DNA of 64,000 nt from Camelus dromedarius. Its lineage: Eukaryota. How positions within the stretch are numbered: position 1 is the first letter of the stretch; the number at the start of each line of letters is the position of its first letter. The notes under the pieces are model-generated. The model saw nothing but the letters and a program-made list of their open reading frames with translations. It did no database searches and was not told the origin of the DNA. The stretch spans positions 10,602,001 to 10,666,000 of the forward strand of contig NC_087439.1 in assembly GCF_036321535.1 (NCBI RefSeq), read 5' to 3'. This document shows, piece after piece, positions 36,225-48,135 of this stretch. The position numbers and the translations under genes are program-made.

Positions 36225-36990
36225 TTTTTCACTGATTACCTAAGTGATATATATTCATTGTGGAAAATTTGGAAAACACATGAAAGCAAAAATGAAATAA
36301 AGTCAAATCAAGTAAAATAAAGTAGAATCAANNNNNNNNNNNNNNNNNNNNNNNNNNNNNNNNNNNNNNNNNNNNNNNNNNNNNNNNNNNNNNNNNNNNN
36401 NNNNNNNNNNNNNNNNNNNNNNNNNNNNNNNNNNNNNNNNNNNNNNNNNNNNNNNNNNNNATAATTCCACTAGCTATAGATGAGCACTTTTTATATTCTG
36501 GAATACTTCCTTTCAGGCTTTTCTTTTCCTCTACATTTAAAAAATATGGAACAGCTGAGTTATATGAGACACTGTTCGGATCCCTGCTAAGCCGGTGTAC
36601 CTCTGTGGGGTACTATGTCCCCAACTCGGTCAGCACGCCTCATGTTTCCTAAAACGCCCAGAGGGAGCACAGCCGTGCCACACGCCCTGACGGAGGTAAC
36701 CCGTCCCTCCCTGACGGGCACTGGGGTTGTTTTTCATTTTTCCTCATTTTACGCAATACTCCACAACCACGTTGGCAGCCACACCTTCGCGATCCTCCTC
36801 AGAGCAGATGCAGACTTCAGAGGCCTCTGAGCACTGGAAACATTTGGTGTAATCACACCAGCCTTCCCCCCACAAGGTCCAGAATCCAATACAAGCGGTA
36901 AAGTTAGTGTAAGGACATCTGGCAAAGTTCATTTTCCCCTGATGCATTAGGCCTTGTTTGAAGTATTACATTCATTTTTAGGTTTATTTT
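36225..36990 (-). mobile_element. Ancient L1ME fragments spanning a gap
   Basis: attcattgtggaaaatttggaaaacac 3'-end motif and a degenerate ORF2-end segment. Confidence 0.5.
36332..36460. other. Assembly gap
   Basis: N run. Confidence 1.
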
Positions 36991-37429
36991 TTGCTCATTT
37001 TGAGGGGAGGATATGTCCCAGCTTTGCTGGCATCCCCAGCACATGCGAGGGCTTTCTGACGTCACCGCCCAGCTGTGGTTCTTACCTTAGGCTAATTTTC
37101 CTTCCAGAGGAACATTAGAATCAAGGGTTCTCCCACTTGCAAGGCTTTTGGTCCATGTGTCTGTCCTCACTCACCACGGAATCCATCACCCATCACACAC
37201 CTGCCCCACCTCCCCTCTCCCAGACACAAGCTGTACCACAGCAGCTGGCCTGTGATTGGACGAGGAGTCACCAAGGGGTGTGACCATCTTGGGAGCAGAT
37301 GTCTTGGGCCCTGGGGAGGACCTGAGGCCCAGAGCATTCAGGACAAGGGCAGAATGTCCTTGTCCCTGTGACTGAAGGCATTGCTTTGAAAGGGTGCAGG
37401 TCTCAGAGCACCAACACCCACAGGGTATG

Positions 37430-37540
37430 GGAAGTGGGGTCCCCGCAACCTGCCTGGCCACTGACCAGCTGTGCAGCCTGGAGCAACTTCTTTCTCCCCT
37501 CTGGGCTCCACTTTCCTCGCTTATCAAATGGGCTCAACAA
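37430..37540 (+). mobile_element. MIR fragment
   Basis: ccactgaccagctgtgcagcctggagcaac...ctccactttcctcgcttatcaaatggg. Confidence 0.6.
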
Positions 37541-37769
37541 TATATTCAACACATGCATTGTGGCTCCCCATAAGACCCCAACTGTGCCCTGGGACAGCTC
37601 AGGGGGCTCCAGGCCCTATAAACAAACACAGGGAGGCACCATCAATGGTGACCAGGCCCAGCAAGCCCTGGCCGTCATGTACTCCTCTGTCTCACTCCCT
37701 CCAGCCCTTCTGTGAGCCCTCACCCAGGCTCCCACCCAGACACGCTCTCCAGTCCTTGAGGCGGCCCAT

Positions 37770-38020
37770 GTCTGGCCATTCTTTCCAAGGTGCCCCTCCC
37801 CCTGCCTGCTTATTGAAGTCCCACTCATCCTTCCACATCACCCCTGCTCCGTGGAACCTTCCTGAAAACTCTTCTTCCCAGACCCCAGGTTTGGGCCTCT
37901 GCCATGGCTCTCATGGCATCATCTCTGGGAAGCACGCTGGTGTGTCCCTCACTGGACCGTGACCTGTTTGAGAGCAGTGGCCATGGCTGGGTCCCCTGGC
38001 AGCTCACAATATAGGGCTCA
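37770..38020 (+). mobile_element. L2 3' fragment
   Basis: cactcatccttcc...ggaaccttcctg...ctggaccgtgacctgtttgagagcag. Confidence 0.5.
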
Positions 38021-38973
38021 GCGGAAGAGTTGCCATGGAATGACCAAGAATGATGGAGGCAGAGGGGCGCCGGGGCTCTCTGCTCTTTTCCCAAACCCAT
38101 CCCAGCGACACCACAAAATCAGAAGCACAGAAATGCACTCAGAACTGGAGACCCAGGAGTAGAGGAGCTCTCAGCCACGAAGACCTTACCTATGGTGGAA
38201 ACATACAGGATCCCCAGAGTCAGCAAAGCTGTCACCAGGCCCTCCTCAACACCAAGCCCTCGGTGCCCTGCAGCGGGATGAGACTCCTACTCCAGCCCTT
38301 CCCCGGGAGCGCTGACCTGTTTCCCTCTCAGCACAGCCCTTCTTTCCTTCAGGGGGGCCCTCGTCTGCACAGCAGTGTCTGCCCATGCTGTTGCCCCACT
38401 CGACATGCTGCCTCACCAGTGCCTGCCCACCCAGCATCCAGCTCAGCATCAGCATTCAGCAAATTAACCTACTGAGGAATCTTTTAAAGGCAGATCCAAT
38501 GCCATCACCTCCTCTAGGAAGCCGTCCTGGACTGCTCCAGCCTTCAGAGATCTTCTTCTCTGGTCCCTCAGAGCAACTGTTGTTTGTCCCACACTCAGGA
38601 GACATTACAAGTTTGGGTTTGGTTTTGTTTTTTTAAATTTATCTCCAAGGAATGCATAAGACGGTGAAAGCAGGATTGGACAGAGGTGGTTGAATGGTGA
38701 TGCAGGCCCATAGAAGGCTGGGCCAACAGTGAGGAGCTCTGAGCCGAAATGGCTGAGCCTCCATCTACAGCACCGCACCCTGTTGCTGGCTGTCCCAGCA
38801 GGGGCACAGCTGAGGCCGCCCCGAGGAAGCCAGCCCTGGGTCTGTCTGCTGGTGGCCCCACCTCAGCTGGGCAACAAGTCCTTCCTTACAAGAGGAGCTG
38901 TGGTGGGATGTGGGGAGGGGTGCAGCTCTGTGTCCACCCCAGACAAGAACAAAACATTTAAAACAAGCATGGT

Positions 38974-39080
38974 GGGGTGAGGAATACCTCAGTGGTAGAG
39001 TGTGGTCCTTAGCGTGCCTGAGGTACTGGGTTCGATCCCCAGTTTTTCCATTTAAAAAAAATACAAAAAACAAAAACAAA
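38974..39080 (+). mobile_element. Vic-1-type SINE, short form
   Basis: gaatacctcagtggtagag...gggttcgatccccag head directly followed by A tail; degenerate TSD aaaacaa(gc/at)atgg. Confidence 0.85.
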
Positions 39081-39105
39081 TATGGAACAGATTTAGCACC
39101 CGTTT

Positions 39106-39250
39106 CAGGGATTAACAAGCCATGGCTCGAAGGCCAAATCTGGCTCATTCTGTTTGGTCTATGTTTACTGCCTGTGTCAACAGCAGAGTTGAATATTTGT
39201 GACAGAGATTGTATGACCCATAGACACTGAAACAGTCACGATGCGACAAT
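39106..39250 (+). mobile_element. hAT-Charlie MITE, MER58-like
   Basis: ggccaaatctggctc...cagcagagttgaatatttgtgacagagattgtatgaccc. Confidence 0.7.
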
Positions 39251-39334
39251 CTGCATACAGTGTGCTATCCTTGCTCTAGCTGACATTCCTGAGGGCAGAA
39301 ACCTAGCTCATGGTGACTTCTTCGGGAAATCACA

Positions 39335-39335
<1 letters not shown>

Positions 39336-39365
<30 letters not shown>
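39336..39365. repeat. (CA)n microsatellite
   Basis: Direct sequence. Confidence 0.95.
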
Positions 39366-39369
<4 letters not shown>

Positions 39370-39549
39370 GAGGTGTACAAGAGAAAGACAACTCCTCCTG
39401 CCCAGGTCTCCAGACCGGCCCTGATTCCAACACTATGATGACATTCTTGCTTGTAGACATGCTAATGACCTGCAGATCTTCCCTCTGTGGGTCCCCCACA
39501 AACATCTCAAAGTCTGTATGTCACAAACTGACTGTGCTAAGTCACCACC

Positions 39550-40030
39550 TGTGGTGGGCAGCCTCCAAGATGGCCCCCAAGACCTTGGCCTCCTGATACC
39601 TGCTCTGTGTGAGCAACTCTCTCGTTGAATCAGAGCCAGTCTGTGACACCGACAGAACATGGGGGTGGTCTCCTCAGTCACCTTCTGAGGGAAGCCAGCT
39701 GCCATGTTGTGAGGACACTCAACCAGCCCTGTGGAGAGGCCCATGTGAGAAGAACTGAGGCCTCCCGCCAAGAGCCAGCACCGCCTTGTCTGCTGTGTGA
39801 GTCAGCCACCTTGGAAGCCAGTCTCTCAGCCTCAATTAAGCTTCCGGGTGACCGCAGATCCAGCCAACATTTTTACTTAACCTTATGAGAGACCTCCAGC
39901 CAGGACCACACAGGTAGGCAGCTCCCAAATTTCCAACTCACAGAAACTCTGAGTGATATTATATATTGATTGTTGCTTTAAGCCACTATGTTTTAGAGTA
40001 AGTTGTCACAGGAAACTAACACACTATACA
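39550..40030 (+). mobile_element. ERVL-MaLR solo LTR, MLT1F-like
   Basis: TGTGGTGGGCAGCCTCCAAGATGGCCCCC start, gaagccagctgccatgttgtgagg, ctttaagccactatgtttt...ctaacac end. Confidence 0.85.
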
Positions 40031-40865
40031 AACCTGTTTGTCCCCCAGTGTCCGTGCTTCAGATAATGCTACTCCCTCCCTCCCTCCCCTCAGGTCTCCA
40101 TCATCACAGAGTCTGGTTTTTCCTTTGCTGCATCCTACCTGCTGATTCAGTCTTAAGGTGTCCCCGCTTTATAGCTGAAGGGCCTGAGATCCTGAGACAC
40201 TCAGTAACTTGTCTGGGTCCCCCCAGTTGGTTAACTTGGGAATCAAGTTAGAACAGAGGTTTGTCCTCAAACCCATGCTCTTTCTCCAGCCCGACACTGC
40301 CGCGGCTCAGCTTATGCCCTGTGTGATGGCCCAGAGTTCTGGAAGTACTGGTGCCACCCCTGCTGCCACTTCTGCCTTCTTGGATTCATCTTTTATGTCA
40401 CAAGTAACTCTGCATAACACAGATCTGACCATCTCCACCGTGCCGCTCAAAAGCTGCCAAAAGCCCCTGACCCTAGTGTCCCTGTCCTGTCCATCCTTCA
40501 AAGCTCAGCTTAACTGCCCTCACCTCCTGAGGCCACCTGACCCCTCTCCTTGAACACCTGGAAATCTTCTCGCCTGGCAGTTACCTGTTTGCTATTGGTT
40601 TTGAGAAGACGGTACACACATTCAATCCCCAGCAGTGGACAACAGGCTCCTCAAAAAGAGACCCTTAGGCCCGCCTGGGGCACCCAGGTCCATGAAAAGG
40701 GATTCGTATGTGTAGGTGGAGTGACATCATTAATAACTGAGCCTATGAGGGAATAGGCACAGAAATCAATGCTTCAGTGAATCAATAGTTCTCCAAATAA
40801 GTGACCTGAGTCATGAATGATTGGTGGGTTGATTGAATAGGGCATTGCCTAGAAATAGTATTCCA

Positions 40866-40870
<5 letters not shown>

Positions 40871-40896
<26 letters not shown>
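40871..40896. repeat. (AC)13 microsatellite
   Basis: Direct sequence. Confidence 0.95.
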
Positions 40897-40901
<5 letters not shown>

Positions 40902-41414
40902 TATGCTTTTGCCAATAGCAAAATATTTTATTACATAATTAGGGTAATATTCAAATATTTAACTACCAGTACAGCATGGGCACCAACAAATCAGGAAGGA
41001 CATCCCGATACGGCTGGATCAGGTCTGGACGGCTTCCTTAGCCTCTTTTAGTGCTGGATCCTGGGGAAGTTGAGGGCGTGTCCCAGGGAAGGCGTGGCAC
41101 TTGAGAAACACAGCTCTTTACCTACTTTGAAGCATCTGAGTGTGGCCTGGCCAGGACCTGCTGGCGGGTGCATCCCTGCCTGTGGAGTTTTCCGAGCACA
41201 CCCTTGTCCAGCCCTGTGTTGAACTTCACATGCAGAAGGTCATTCCATCCTCAAAGAGCACCAGAGGGCAGGAGGGGCTACCGTTGTCCTATGTTATGTT
41301 GCAGACACCCAGACTCGGGGTCGGCTGCTCCTTCGAGGTCACATAGCAAGAAAGTGGCTGTACCAGGACCTGCACCTGTCCTCTGGAACAACGCAGCGTT
41401 CTGCCACAGGAGTG

Positions 41415-41550
41415 GTGCGATGCCTGTGTTCTGCGCCTGCGCCGCTGCCGGGCGGGGCCAGCAGGACGGCGTGATTTTCAGGACCGGGATTGGTTGAGGC
41501 GCCCGCTCTAAGGAGGCGTGGCCTGAATCACAGGCCCGCCCCGCCTTCCC
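41415..41550. promoter_or_regulatory. Putative promoter motif cluster
   Basis: NRF1-like TGCGCCTGCGC 41432, GGGCGGGG 41450, ATTGG 41489, GGCGTGGC 41515, CCCGCCCC 41535; CpG-rich. Confidence 0.5.
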
Positions 41551-41709
41551 TCTCGAGGGTCCTTCTCTCCTGAGATGGGATGCTCGCTCTCATCATGGAC
41601 TAGACCTTATGAGGAAAGAGGGTGACAGTCAAGCATCCACTTGGCAATGGGGCCACAACTCCTGACAGCGTTTTCCAGGAACAAGAGCCTTTAGAAGGAC
41701 GGGAACTGT

Positions 41710-41875
41710 GCCACTCCCTACTCGCCACCACTACTGTGGGACTTTGGGCAAGATGCCACCCCCCTGAGCTCATTTTCGTCACCTACAAAATGAGGTGATG
41801 ATAGCATGTGTTGCCTTTCAGGCTTGGTGTGAAGATCAAAGAAACAACCTCTGTGAAGGGATACTGGACATTTAA
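41710..41875 (+). mobile_element. MIR
   Basis: gactttgggcaag...ctcattttcgtcacctacaaaatgagg...gtgtgaagatcaaa. Confidence 0.65.
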
Positions 41876-42391
41876 ATTTTTGTAGGTCTTGAGTAGTGAG
41901 GAAAAGCTGCGAGTGAAAGGGGACGATGGACAATTGAGCCTCTGCCCCAGCGCGAGGTGAGCCGGGGCGGGGAGCTTGGCTGGGTCCAGCCACCCTCGCT
42001 CGCCCCCTGCGCCTCCCTCATCCCTCCAAGCTCTTCAGAAGGCGGCATAATTTCTCCTTCGTTTTCACTTTTAATCACAAAATAATTTGGGTGCCCAGAA
42101 GCTCTCCTCTCGGAGGAACATTTGTGCGGGATGATATCAGCCTAATTAAGTGCTGCAGCTTTGGGGCTTGAATGTTTTTCCCCAGACCCCCGCGCTCACT
42201 GCCAAGCCACGCCGGCCGCCTGGCCAGCCGGCTACCTGCACATGCCGGCTTCTGGAGCCTTCCGCGCCGCGCCCCCGCTCCCGCGCCGTGATTGATATCT
42301 TGATTAGGCGCCAGGAGGCGGCGGACCAGGTGTTACCTCGGCGCGGGCTGGAGGCGGCGCGCTCTGCGAACCCGGGCCTGAAAGGCGCAGG

Positions 42392-42595
42392 NNNNNNNNN
42401 NNNNNNNNNNNNNNNNNNNNNNNNNNNNNNNNNNNNNNNNNNNNNNNNNNNNNNNNNNNNNNNNNNNNNNNNNNNNNNNNNNNNNNNNNNNNNNNNNNNN
42501 NNNNNNNNNNNNNNNNNNNNNNNNNNNNNNNNNNNNNNNNNNNNNNNNNNNNNNNNNNNNNNNNNNNNNNNNNNNNNNNNNNNNNNNNNNNNNNN
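42392..42595. other. Assembly gap
   Basis: N run. Confidence 1.
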
Positions 42596-42666
42596 TTTCG
42601 CAGGGTGCCCGCTCCCAGAGGCACCCCTCGCTCCAGGCCTGGAGTGGGCCCAGAGGTGGCCGCCGC

Positions 42667-42714
42667 GGCAGGCAGGGCCAAAGGCAGGCAGGGCCAAGGG
42701 CAGGCCGGGGCCAG
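42667..42714. repeat. 16-bp tandem repeat x3
   Basis: ggcaggcagggccaaa / ggcaggcagggccaag / ggcaggccggggccag. Confidence 0.85.
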
Positions 42715-43974
42715 ATGGGGAGTGTGGTTGTGTTTGGGGTTGGAGGCTCGTCTCCCCTGAGAGTTGGAGCATCTCCCCAGGCGCCAGGAGCTCAGGATTT
42801 TGGTGTGGCACATTTGAGGGCCCCTGGGGCAGAGTCAGGCTCAGAGGGGCAGCTGGCTTGGAGAAAGGGGAGTAGGGGGCCAGGGAGGGAAGAGAGACAG
42901 AAAGAGAGAGTGCCTAAAGGTTATGTGGTTAATTGAACATCAACAGCCACAGATACGATTATGCCCCTTTGTGTCTTTCTCCCAGTGTGTTGATGGAAAA
43001 GTAACTAGATTAAAAGCGCCGGGAGCCCGGGTTGGAGGGGCTGGGCAGTGGGGGGAGATCCCTCCTGAATGCCGACCCCGGGCTCCCGCAGTCCCAGCGA
43101 GAAGGGAAAACAGTCAATTAGAGAGGAGAGAAAAGACAGAGTGAGCCGTGGTTTGGCATTTGCATAAAGGCTGGGGCCCAAGGCTGCCACCCTTCGTGAG
43201 GGGGGCTGGGGTTCCCAGGGGTGAGGCTGGGGGTGTCATGGGGTGAGGCACATGGTAACTGTTGAAAGTCTCAGCCAAAAGCCTGTGTGCACACACTGTA
43301 CGTGAGGCAGGGGCGAGGGGTGACCGGGCCTTTATAAGGTACATGGTGTATATATCTGTGTGCACATCAACGCATATATGTTCTTGTTTTACACTGCTCA
43401 CATTGGGAAGTTATGGGTATCTCCTATGTCCATGTTTTCAGCAGGTTGCTCCTGTGTGGCTTGCATTGGACTGACCCTCCATGTTGGGAGCCCATGTGCA
43501 GATTTAGGTAGGCACGCTCCGAACCTGGGCACTGCTCATGGGCTCCAGGAGCACCGCCAGGTCAGGGGGACAGGGATCTTCCAACCTGATCGTGCCAGCA
43601 CGGGAAGGCTGGTGCTTCTAAGATCGTGGGCCTAAGGAGCCCAGACCTGGAGCTCGCCCCCCGGGCTCACTCTGCATTTTTGCTTCCTGGAGAAACCTTC
43701 CTGATCCTTCCAGCCTACCACATCCACAAAGTCCTCTGACCCCCAGCCCAGTGCCCCTCTTTAACCCCTTCCTCTTAAAAGCCACCTCTTCTCTGAACAG
43801 GAAGATTTGAGGCCAAGAGGAAAGAAGACAAATCTGAAATCAGATCAGTCTGAGGTCAAATGCCAGCTCTAACTTTGTGACTTGGAGCAAATGCCTTTCG
43901 CAGAGCCACTGTCCGGTAACAAAGAATTAAGCAGATCCAATTATAGGACTGTTTTAGGAATTCAATAGGAGAGA

Positions 43975-44100
43975 GTCCTACTTATACCCCAGCTTGCCTG
44001 GGACAGTCCCAAGTCATACCTGTGACCCCAGCATAATTATCAATAGTGCCCTTACGCTGGAAAGTGTCCCGGTTTAGATTATACATTATATGGTCACCCC
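43975..44100 (-). mobile_element. hAT-Blackjack MITE, MER94-like
   Basis: ttgcctgggacagtccc...aaagtgtcccggtttagattatacattatatggtcaccc. Confidence 0.7.
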
Positions 44101-45029
44101 CAATAAAAGTAGGGCCACAATAAAAAAATTTCCCTCCTTTCTCCTTTCCCTCCCTTCTCTGGTTATGTAACGGTTTCCTTCACTGTGTCTCACTGGCAAC
44201 TCCCAAAGAGAGGCACTCCTGGAGGCAGGAGCATCTCTCCCTGGCTCCCTCACCAGTTCTTGGGACCAACTGATGCACAGTGGACACTCCGCGGTCAACT
44301 GCTGCCAGGACCAGAGCCAGCCTCAGGGACTCCAGGGCAGCTGACTGCCCTCCGCCCGCTGGGTCCACAGCAGGGACAAATAAGCCCATGGACATCGCTG
44401 TGACCGTGGGCTTCTACTGTGAAACCACGGGCAGGTCACGTTTATGCATCCACTACCTATCTGAATCGCTCCTTTGTGAGAATGAGGCCTCCCTCCTTTA
44501 CTGCAAATGTGACCCCCTGCACATCCGGGCCTGAGGCTTTCAGTCTTTCCCTGATTACCAGGGTTCGATCTGGCTTCAGTCGGCATTTCCATAAGGACAG
44601 CTTTTATAGATGTGGTTAAGGGCCTTACTTGAGTGAGCAAGCGGTTATCCTTCACAATAGAGCCACAAACAGGCCCTAATTAATCGCTAATTGTTGCTCC
44701 CAGGTTTGCGACATTCACCCATGTAGATGAAGGCCTTGCAGAAATGACTCAGGAGGGCGGCCTGGGTGCCTGGGAGCAGAACACTGGGCCCTTTGTGGCT
44801 AAGATCCACCCTTCTTTAACAAATTGTACCAGTTTAAAGCTTTGAGAATGAGGCTGCGGGCTCTTTCGAAAGTCAGAGACCCACTTTGCCCCCAGGTCCA
44901 AAAAGCGGGGTTCTTTTTGCCTTCTCAGACCTGGAACCCTGCTGATCCAGACCTCTCCTGGGTTTCTCAGTGAGTGAGGCCCACCCTTGTCTGGGGTCTT
45001 GATCCTAAACCCCACACTTCTCTGAGGTC

Positions 45030-45380
45030 AGCCAGGTCTTGATCATGGAGTAGCTTGAGGCACTTGGACTTCACCCCGAGAGCAACAGGGAGCCAGTGGA
45101 GGCTTTAGAGGGTGGACTGAGATCTGATTTGCATGCTAGCTGGTTCACTCTGCCCAAAGGGGACAAGACAGAAGACAAGAGTTCAGCTAGGAGGCGACTA
45201 CAGGAATCCAGGCCAGATGAGGGCGGCCTGGACTAAGATATAGGACTAGTGAGTGGCAAGAGGAGGACGGTTTAAGAGATATCTTGGAGGTAGATTCTCT
45301 GGTCCTCAGAAACTGATTGGATGGGGGATTGTACTGGAGGAAGAGGGAGCCGGAATGACTGTTAGGCTGAGAGAAAGACC
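45030..45380 (-). mobile_element. L2 fragment
   Basis: gggagccagtggaggcttt...gaatccaggccagatgagg...agagatatcttggaggtaga. Confidence 0.7.
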
Positions 45381-45504
45381 CTGAAGGAGGAGGAGCATGG
45401 AGGAAAGGGAGGTGATAAGCTTAGGAGGAGGCTGCCCTTCCCCAACAGCCTCCCATCAGTCCTGTTGCCTCCAGCCGAACTGTGACAATGACCAGGCCTG
45501 TGCC

Positions 45505-45720
45505 CTTATGCCAATACTGTCCAAAAGCCATCCTCCCTGCTCTGCCTCCTCCCACCCACGCTGGAGCCCAGCCCTTCTCTCTTCCTGCTGAACTCTGGGT
45601 GCCCTCTCTGATGGCAGGTGTCACCTCCTCCAGGAAGCCTGCCCTCACTTCCCAGCCTGGTTCTCCCTTCCTCCTACTGCGGTATTTCAGCACACTGAAA
45701 TTGTTACATGTCACCCATGC
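45505..45720 (+). mobile_element. L2 fragment
   Basis: gtcacctcctccaggaagcctgccctcac. Confidence 0.55.
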
Positions 45721-45984
45721 TCGTATGAACAAAATATATTGCCAGCCATATCAGTAAACAAAGAATGCTGTGGCCATCAAGTCATCAGCTGCTACCGCCA
45801 CCCCTGACAGTGATTGGAGGGAACTCAAGATGCAGACAAGCAGGCTTCCTGCAGCCACCCCAGCAGTGCACCCAGAGGGAACTCAGGATGTGGAAGAACA
45901 GGACACTGGCCCTAGGTGGCTGGGTGCACATCAAAGGAGTGATTTCAATGAGCCCAGAGCTTTGCACCCTCCCGTACATAGAAA

Positions 45985-46224
45985 AGCGCTAAATTCTTTA
46001 ACTTGAGATGTTTGGTTTTCTGTAATTAATAGTAATCTTTTGATGTTCTGACTACCTGACCTTTGTTGTAAAAACTCCTGTATATCCTGGCTCCTCCCCT
46101 ACCTCTTCGGAGCAGTCCCTCAGAGCGATCTGAGAGGCTGTCATCCCGGGCTGAGTCTTCAGAAAGTCTGTCGAATAAAACATAACTCTGGACTTTTAGG
46201 TTGTGCATTTTATTTCAGTCGGTA
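45985..46224 (+). mobile_element. ERV1-class LTR, cetartiodactyl type (BTLTR1-like 3' portion)
   Basis: cctcccctacctcttcggagcagtccctcagagcgatctgagaggctgtc...AATAAAacataac...tttaggttgtgcattttatttcagtcg. Confidence 0.7.
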
Positions 46225-47624
46225 CGTGTGAGCTGGTCACCTTCCACCTTTGCCTCCACCCCCTGCAAGACAGAGCATGGCGGTAGTTCCCTCAAACGGC
46301 CAGCACCTATGCCTGGTGGAGGCGCTTGAGGGTTTTGTGGAAGGAGAGGACAGAGGAAGGGATGCAGGCCAGGAGGAGGGAATCCAGGTCTAAGAGAAGA
46401 AAATGGACGGTGGTCAAAGTTATCAGGCCTCAGCAAGTATGGCACAAGAGCCAGTGGGGTGCACACCCTCTCACCCTGGAAGGCTGCTCCCACCTGCAGT
46501 GGGACTTGGAGACATAAAGGGAAGAGCCCCGAGCTGGCCCTAGTGCCTGGCCTGTCACTCAATTGCCAGGGGCTTCTTTGGGTCTCAGTTTATCTCTTTG
46601 GTAAAATGCAATGGTGGGGAGGGGGTTTGTGAGCTGAGAGGGGAACCATGATTTTCAAACTTTGATGCCATCCCAAAGGAAGGGATGTGAACTTGAGTGG
46701 AGTCAGGGCCCCAGGGCTTCAAACTCCAACCTCGGAGCACACAGTCAACCCCTCAGTAGGTCTAAGGTCCCTTCCTGGACCCCTCTTGTGGCTTTTGCCT
46801 AGTCTGCCTGTCCCACCAAGCTCCCCTGTCTCAGTTTTTTTAGAGCAGTGCTGGGAGAGAGATGCGGGGGTGATCAGTGAGCCGGGCTCAGGTGGGCAGG
46901 ACTGGTGTCACCCAGCTCAGTTCCCGGGGTTTCCAGTCTTCGGTCTAAGGTGCTGGGCATGGAGGTACAGAGCCTGGAGCTGATGCATGGGGCTCTGGAG
47001 GCTTCCACATCCTTCAGGGCTCAGACCCCTGGCAGCTCTGGAGAGGAGAGAGGGGTAGAGAGAGACCTCAGCCAGACTTGGAATTTCCTCCCACGGCAAG
47101 GGGGCAGGGCTAGAGTGGAACCCACGTGGGCAGCCCCAGCGACCACTAGGTGGAGGGTCCCTGAGGCGGGCGATGTAGCGCTGCCCCTACTCCATTCCTC
47201 CCTAGTCCACCACCTGGGCTCCCGCTTTCTCTGGCTGGATGCAGGGCATCCCTTGTTCTTTTCCCTTGTTTGGACCAACCAGCATGGGCTGGCCTGCCTG
47301 CTGGGTTTTCACCCTCTGGGACAGTGGGGTGGGGAGAGGCCTCAGCCTACATCTTTCTCAAGTCCTTGGAGCCACAGATGGGCCCTGGAGCCACTAAAGC
47401 TGAAAGCCCCAAGGTGCCCCCCATTGCCAGCCCCCGACTTAACCACCCACTGCACAAACTCCCTGGAGAATGAAAAAATTAAGCGGACACACAACTCACA
47501 AATAAGACCTCACAGCAGAATCATTTAGCAGAAAATCAACTTGAGACTCCCACCTGCCCCTTAATTTTTGTATTTATTAGCCCCTACCATGTGCATGGTT
47601 TTGAAAAAGATACAAAGATGAGAA

Positions 47625-47790
47625 ATAATGATAACAGAAGCCACTAATAGTGCCTACTGTATGCTAGAGGCTTTACGTACGCTCTGTCAGGTACGGATTG
47701 TCATTCTCATTTTGTAAATGAAGAAAGTAAGGTTCAGGAAGTTGTATCATGTACCCAAGAGGACTCAGCTGGAGGCTTGTTCCACTGTCT
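47625..47790 (-). mobile_element. MIR
   Basis: ctcattttgtaaatgaagaaagtaaggttcagg. Confidence 0.6.
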
Positions 47791-47844
47791 CCAGTAAGAT
47801 ACCTAGGTAGTTCTGCCCAGCAGGGTTCAAAATCTGCCATGGAG

Positions 47845-48135
47845 GAGAGGTCAGGGAAGTCCTCCTGGAGGAGGGGCATTTGGGACGGGTCTCCAGGATG
47901 AGCAGAGTGCCAGTGAATCCAGGTAGAGGGCAGAGCAGGGAAGATTTCTGGGTTGTGGGAATGGCATTGGCTCTGGCATGAAGATGGGGAGAGGGTGTGC
48001 AGGGCTGGTTCCCTCAAGGAAACAGGGATGGCGGGTGATTGGTTGGGTCTGACCACAGTGGGCTTTGACTGGCAAGGAGTTAGGACATAATTCTGCAGGA
48101 AGAACCATGAAGGAGAGCCTCTAGGGCTGGGAGAT
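47845..48135 (-). mobile_element. L2 fragment
   Basis: gtcagggaagtcctcctggaggagggg. Confidence 0.55.

Larger units (their letters stand above)
41940..42720. promoter_or_regulatory. CpG-island-like region with central gap
   Basis: Very high CpG and GC content on both sides of the gap. Confidence 0.7.

Noticed and set aside
38961-39125. 3' transduction after the short Vic-1 (apparent second AACAAGC(C)ATGG copy)
   Set aside because: The downstream match lies in the start of the MER58-like element, and a closer degenerate TSD overlaps the A tail.
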